A stretch of 56,172 nucleotides of DNA, taken from positions 1-56,172 of the forward strand of contig JYFJ02002485.1 of NCBI GenBank assembly GCA_000934665.2, in the 5' to 3' direction. Origin of the DNA: Catajapyx aquilonaris (Eukaryota). The first letter of the stretch is position 1; every line of letters starts with the position of its first letter. Position numbers and translations under genes: made by a program. The notes beneath the pieces are model-generated. The model did not search any database. It was given only the letters and a program-made list of their open reading frames with translations, and was not told the DNA's origin. Of the stretch, positions 51,170 to 56,172 are shown in pieces.

Positions 51170-52113
51170 TGTGCACTATGCTGATACTATAGTTGCAGGA
51201 TAACTATACACTTCTTAATCCAACAGTATTTGGGGAAGAGAGAATATGCCAATGATTATAGGCAAAAATTTTACGTGCTGTTATGTCTGCATGTTTGGTG
51301 TGCAATACTGTATTATCACCATATCTTTCAGCGTATATCAGATACCAATAATGATATCCTACATGTGTCATTCAGATAACACAATTAAGATAGCTTAGTA
51401 ACTGATTTTTGAGATGTAGTACTCCTCTTCCTATGTAACTCCGGTTATCTTTTTGTACGGCTCTTGGATTGAAATAAAGGTCAACAAAGAATTAAAGAAA
51501 CCTGATAACAAATAAGCATATAGTACAGGGTGCTCCTAAAGGTTTGCACTTTTCCCCCCGGATTCAGTTGTCTTGCGATATTCCAATACTATACATGGTT
51601 TTCCAAGTATACTTGTGACCTTTGAGTCATCGGAACTTACGGCTGAAGCTATACTGTTTTTGTGTAGGTTTTTCGCCCAGATCGAAACCACCAGCGGCAT
51701 ATTTTTTTTTAAACGTGACAAATGACAGACAAAAGGACGAAAAAAAGAGAAGGGTAGAGTGAGCACAGAAAATACCGAAGGAATTTGCTGCAACTTTAGC
51801 TCACTCAGATGTCTATGAAAAGTGCTCGACAAGGGAACATATTTGGTCAACCCACCTAGGACCCACCAATAATATGACCACAATTCTTTGTGCATCATCT
51901 CGTATTTTAAGACTAGTGTTGTCTCACTCTCACTAGTTGATATGTGATTTTTCCTGTGTTTCGTCCAGACATGAGCGGGGAGAGGTTTGTCTGGTTGGAA
52001 ATTGGTAAAGAGGTGGGGGATTTTTTTTTTTTTGCGTATACCCAGAGTAAAATGACAAGTGTGAACAGAAAATAAAAAATGCGTTTATTTTTATAACAAG
52101 CATGGATACCTTA

Positions 52114-52363
52114 GGGGCCGTCCACATAAATTACGTAGACATGAAAGGGGGNAGGCCGATTGTACTATGGGCGCCAAAAGAATTGACCGGAGTTGATGGG
52201 TATATAGCGCCATATACCCATCAAATCCGGTCAATTCTTTTGGCACCCATAGTACATGTAAATAGGGGTGGGGGGTGTGCATGACTTGCATATGTGTCTG
52301 CTGCGGGGAGGGGGGGATTGAAAAAAAGTGAAATAAGCGTTTAAGTAATTTATGGAAGGTCCC
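52114..52363. mobile_element. PIF/Harbinger-type MITE carrying a nested hairpin element
   Basis: TTA|GGGGCCGTCCACATAAATTAC ... GTAATTTATGGAAGGTCCC|TTA with a 3-bp TTA duplication. Confidence 0.75.
52165..52252. mobile_element. 88-bp near-perfect palindromic mini-element flanked by TA
   Basis: CTATGGGCGCCAAAAGAATTGACCGGAGTTGATGGGTATAT folds onto ATATACCCATCAAATCCGGTCAATTCTTTTGGCACCCATAG. TA is present on both sides. Confidence 0.8.
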
Positions 52364-52586
52364 TTATCAGTCGAGTGCTCTGAAATGACTACAATCTGAC
52401 TAATGTGTACACAACAACTATGAACAAAAAATCAAGATAGCACTATAGTGGAGACTGATTTTTCATGGAACAAAATTAAACAACTAGAAAGAATGCGGAG
52501 AGAAGCATACAAATTGCGTAGCCAGAACTTAACTGTCTCAGGCCTGCTTTGCCTGGCTTACTTGTGATTTTTGCGGGTTTGTGACA

Positions 52587-54398
52587 TCAATAGGCCGAAG
52601 AGGACCTTTGATTACGTTTCATGACCTTTTCGCTGGCTATTGCCAGGTCCCTTACCCGCTCCAGCTCATCATTAATGTAGATGAGTTCATTAGTCGTAGT
52701 ATCCACCGCGATGTGCGTCTCATTTATAGCTCCATTCCACTCCTTTCTAATGTCTGACATGGTCTTGAGCATGTCATGAAATGGATCTGAGGTCGGAAAC
52801 CAAGTGTAAGTCGGCTGGTGGCCATCCTGGGTTGATTCGTGGTGTTGGCGCATTCCATTATCAGGTAGTATCACGCAGAATTCGCCATTACCCAGATCAC
52901 TTGGACCATATCTCACAGGCTCCCACCGATTGGGAAGCTCCTGCTGGTTCATATCCATACTACGTTTTCGGTTTGGCTGCCATTGCTCAGGCTGCAGTGA
53001 GTTACGCTGCCCCTCCTTTCCATAATGCGGGAGAGCCATCTCTACTTGTGTCCTCTTGCGCCTTCAGAGCGATTATACAGCATAAGCACACGGAAGGATG
53101 AACCACACATCAAGCTCCTGATTAACAGAAGCATGGACCACCCAGGGAAGGTTTAGTAAAGTTTCATAGTCATATTTAAATGGGACTGTTAAGTGAAATG
53201 GTAGGTGAGAGTTTTATATGTGCATCATGTGACACTCCTAACCTCCAACATGATGTACATAATTATCAGGTGGACATTGTTATGTGCTGGGAATGGGCCA
53301 GTTTTAAAAAATAAAGATGTCATCTAAACATTGGGTAATTTTTTCTGTTGGTGCTGCTAGTATTTGATCAGAATGAGCAAGCTATGCCCTATAGGTCTTT
53401 GCAGGCACAGAATGTTTCAAATGAAAACAAATTATGTTCTACAGGTTAAATTACAGGTAAAACTCTGCAATTTTAACAGTTAAGCAAAGCATGATGTGGT
53501 GTCCAGTGATTACATTACAAGGAAAACAAGTGCGCATATAATTCGAATTATGGAGCCATTACTCAACACCAGGTGAACTGAATACAGTGTAGAACTTGGT
53601 TGCCATAGGCCCTGCTTCCAACACAGTGGCATAATATATGAACTGGCCATGTGGTTACAATCCAAAGGGATGTATTCCATGCTGTTTCTTTACCTTTTAA
53701 TGGGTTCTGATATAATTTGTTCATATTGAAATACATTCACACTGCAGTTTGAGTCTCTGCTTTGACAACCAAATATTGAACTGGCTCCAAATTAACTCAG
53801 TTAGTTTAATCTGCCCATGCTGCGTGACTTACCCGGACCCATGGTTTGAGTGTTGGCCGACGTCCTTTCTCTGCGGTTTGGAGGTACTCGGGCGATGAAG
53901 TTCTCCAGGGGCGCCCATCCCCTTTGCATGGGAAATCGTTGAGGGGTCCCCTTGTCCATGCATGGGGTCAACAGGAACACGATGTCCTTTAGGACGATGT
54001 CCTCCAGGGGTGCCCATCCCCTTTGCATGGTAAATCGTTGCGAGGTCCCCTTGTCCATGCATGGGGTCAACAGGAACACGATGTCCTTTAGGACGATGTC
54101 CTCCAGGGGTGCCCATCCCCTTTGCATGGAAAATCGTTGCGAGGTCCCATTGTCCATGCATGGGGTCAACAGGAACACGATGTCCTTTAGGACGATGTTC
54201 TCCAGGGGTGCCCATCCCCTTTGCATGGGAAATCGTTGCGAGGTCCCCTTGTCCATGCATGGGGTCAACAGGAACACGATGTCCTTTAGGACGATGTCCT
54301 CCAGGGGTGCCCATCCCCTTTGCATGGGAAATCGTTGCGAGGTCCCCTTGTCCATGCATGGGGTCAACAGGAACACGATGTCCTCCAGGGGCGCCCAT
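52587..54398 (-). CDS. Candidate orphan gene: 33-aa Gly/His/Pro repeat exon plus exon with coiled-coil-like C-terminus (346 aa)
   Basis: Exon 54398-53833 ends at a strong donor GG|GTAAGT (phase 2). Exon 53061-52587 starts after CTGAAG| in phase 2 and continues into the 150-aa ORF (total 1041 nt). I recognise no homology. Confidence 0.35.
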
Positions 54399-54402
54399 CC
54401 CC
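53901..54402. repeat. 99-bp minisatellite, about 5 copies
   Basis: CTCCAGGGG recurs at 53903, 54002, 54101, 54200, 54299 and 54383 (the last unit is 15 bp shorter). Units are nearly identical and contain the palindromes CCATGCATGG and GTCCT-TT-AGGAC. Confidence 0.97.
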
Positions 54403-54580
54403 CTGAGTTGGGCAGTAACTGAGTAGAAATAACGCGTTACTAGTAACTAGTTACTTTTTGAGTACTTTCCCGGTATTAAACTTCGTTACTTTTGTGCACA
54501 AGTAACTTGTACTTGTAACTAGTTACCTTTAAACAGTAACTTTATTTGTAACGAAAGTTACAAAGTTACTTTTCCGTGCA
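54403..54580. mobile_element. Left end of a non-autonomous DNA transposon (hAT-like) with AGTAAC/GTTACT subterminal repeats
   Basis: CTGAGTTGGGCAGTAAC...TAACGCGTTACTAGTAACTAGTTACTTTT with dense AGTAAC/GTTAC repeats. It abuts and truncates the minisatellite. The matching end is not in the window. Confidence 0.6.
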
Positions 54581-55482
54581 GGTTTTGAAAAGCACCTATT
54601 TTAACGCGCGGGTGATTCATTTATTTGGCGACAGTGGGACGGTTCCCTCCGCGCCGATGGCTACTCCGGATTATGTCCGACTCAGGTCCGGTGATTTAAG
54701 AACGGGGATATAGAAAATCCGGACTTCTTCCGAGTTCCAACTCTGGGCGAAAGAGGAGACACTCGACCCCATCCTCCCTAGAGAAAAGAAGGGTCGCGTT
54801 TGCGGTTGACCATTCCCTCTAGGCACAATAAAAACCGTGAAAATTAGGGTTCCTCCAACTTCTACAAGTAATAGATCTCAAATAGGCATAAGTCAGATTT
54901 TGACAAAATTATTATTTGACGAAAGGTTATAGCTAAATATAAAAATCGGCTTCACGGGTCCGGAGCACCTCATTTTCCGCATTTTTTGGTGCTTGTTACG
55001 ACATGACTTAAATTTTTACGACGGCGTAAGTAGTTGTCCACGGCTTATTACGGAGCCTCATGGAAAAATTCCGCAGTGTCGCCACCGTCTATGCGAGTTT
55101 AACATGGGAAAGCGCCACTGCGGCCATTTGTGTAACTAGTAAATATGCGTGGGAAGAGTCTCCAGCCAATCAGGAGGCTCGGCGAGAAGCTACGCTTTGA
55201 AAAGCAGTGGCGGCCCCCGCGGCAGCACCGTCGCTCTCGGTGGCGAAATGAAAAATCCCCTGCAGCCGAGCCGGGCTGGAACCCACGGCCTCCCGATTCG
55301 GAGGCGGGCATCAAAGGATCACGACCAAAACCCGAAGGCTTGTAAGAGAGGTGCTGGGAGGCGCCCTATATGCAGCCCGCGCACGCCGCACGCTTACACG
55401 GCACGGCACGGCCCCCTGTCCCCTGTGACGCGTTGACTCTCACACTCACACACGATGATGCAGCCAACACGTGGGCCACCCC

Positions 55483-55900
55483 GGAAAGTCCCAAAAAATA
55501 TGGTTCGCAGTAGCGGCGGGGGGATTCAAAAAAGATACTTGCCGCGGATTATGTAAGTTGGGGGAATTAAAAAAAAAAAAACTAAAGATGGCCCACCCAC
55601 GGCCTCCAGAGAGGCCCCAGGTGAAATTTGGGAATGCCTAAATTCCGAACCCGCGACGTGGCACAATATGGCCCGCCCAGATTTTCTGTGGGCCCATGGG
55701 AAAGTCCCGAAAAATATATTTGGGGCTCAGCGGCGGGAGATTCAAAAAAAAGGCTGCCGCGGTTCAGGGGGAAAAAAACCTAAGATGGCCCCGCCTTATC
55801 GCCTATATAATTATTATACCTGCCGCGCGGATTATATAAGTTGGGGAATTGGCCCTCCCACGGCCCCCAGGCCCCACACCCCAGAAAAATATTGCGCACT
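55483..55900. repeat. Degenerate GC-rich direct repeats (~200-bp scale)
   Basis: GGAAAGTCCC(A/G)AAAAATAT at 55483 and 55699. GCGGCGGG.GATTCAAAAAA, AAGATGGCCC and GCGGATTAT.TAAGTTGGGG each occur twice. Confidence 0.6.
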
Positions 55901-55953
55901 CTCGAAATTCCGATCAAGCGTGTGCAATGCATAACAGAAATAATTATTCGCGC

Positions 55954-56016
55954 CAGCAGCAGCAGCAGCAGCAGCAGCTGGGACCAGCTGACAAGCAAGC
56001 AAGCAAGCAAGCAAGC
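55954..56016. repeat. (CAG)n and (CAAG)n microsatellites
   Basis: (CAG)8 at ~55954-55977 and (CAAG)6 at ~55992-56015. Confidence 0.9.
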
Positions 56017-56172
56017 ACACGTGCTCGGCTATAGGGAGCACGTGTATCATACCAGATGGAGGGGGTGCATTCCTGCCACCACCCAGAGCCGAAGGACGAG
56101 GTTAAGCGCTACTTTGGTTGGGGGGAGCAGCAGCAGCGTTACTCGCCAGGAATTGGAACGCACCCGGAATGC

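Noticed and set aside
53901..54402. Regular repeats with internal palindromes, superficially CRISPR-like
   Set aside because: There are no unique spacers: the units are contiguous near-identical tandem copies in a eukaryotic context with no cas genes.
278..56050. Most short ORFs in the supplied track
   Set aside because: They use non-ATG starts, are antisense or off-frame shadows of real exons, or fall within SINEs, MITEs and microsatellites (e.g. the poly-Leu ORF at 46778-46960).

Overview
This is AT-rich eukaryotic (arthropod-like) genomic DNA with many short (~50-100 nt) GT-AG introns. The + strand carries three tandem multi-exon Stubble/Notopleural-family trypsin-like serine protease genes. 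Each has a signal peptide, a 6-Cys clip-like knot and an intact His/Asp/Ser triad, and I recognise them as Drosophila CG8170-, CG13744- and CG8172-like. A convergent 8-exon MFS transporter of the SLC46/PCFT type lies on the - strand. Beyond it are a 99-bp minisatellite that may form an exon of an orphan gene, and the end of a DNA transposon. Introns and spacers contain five modular tRNA-derived SINEs (four with target-site duplications), several MITEs, two degenerate LINE relics and a mariner transposase relic. The most notable unexplained signals are: tRNA-like Pol III elements in an intron of each protease gene; modular shuffling among the SINEs; phase-compatible alternative first and cassette exons in the CG8172-like gene; the candidate repeat-rich orphan gene; and a possible decayed multi-exon gene between proteases 1 and 2. 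All gene models were built by hand from splice sites and reading-frame phase. Ortholog names come from recalled sequences, not from a database search.
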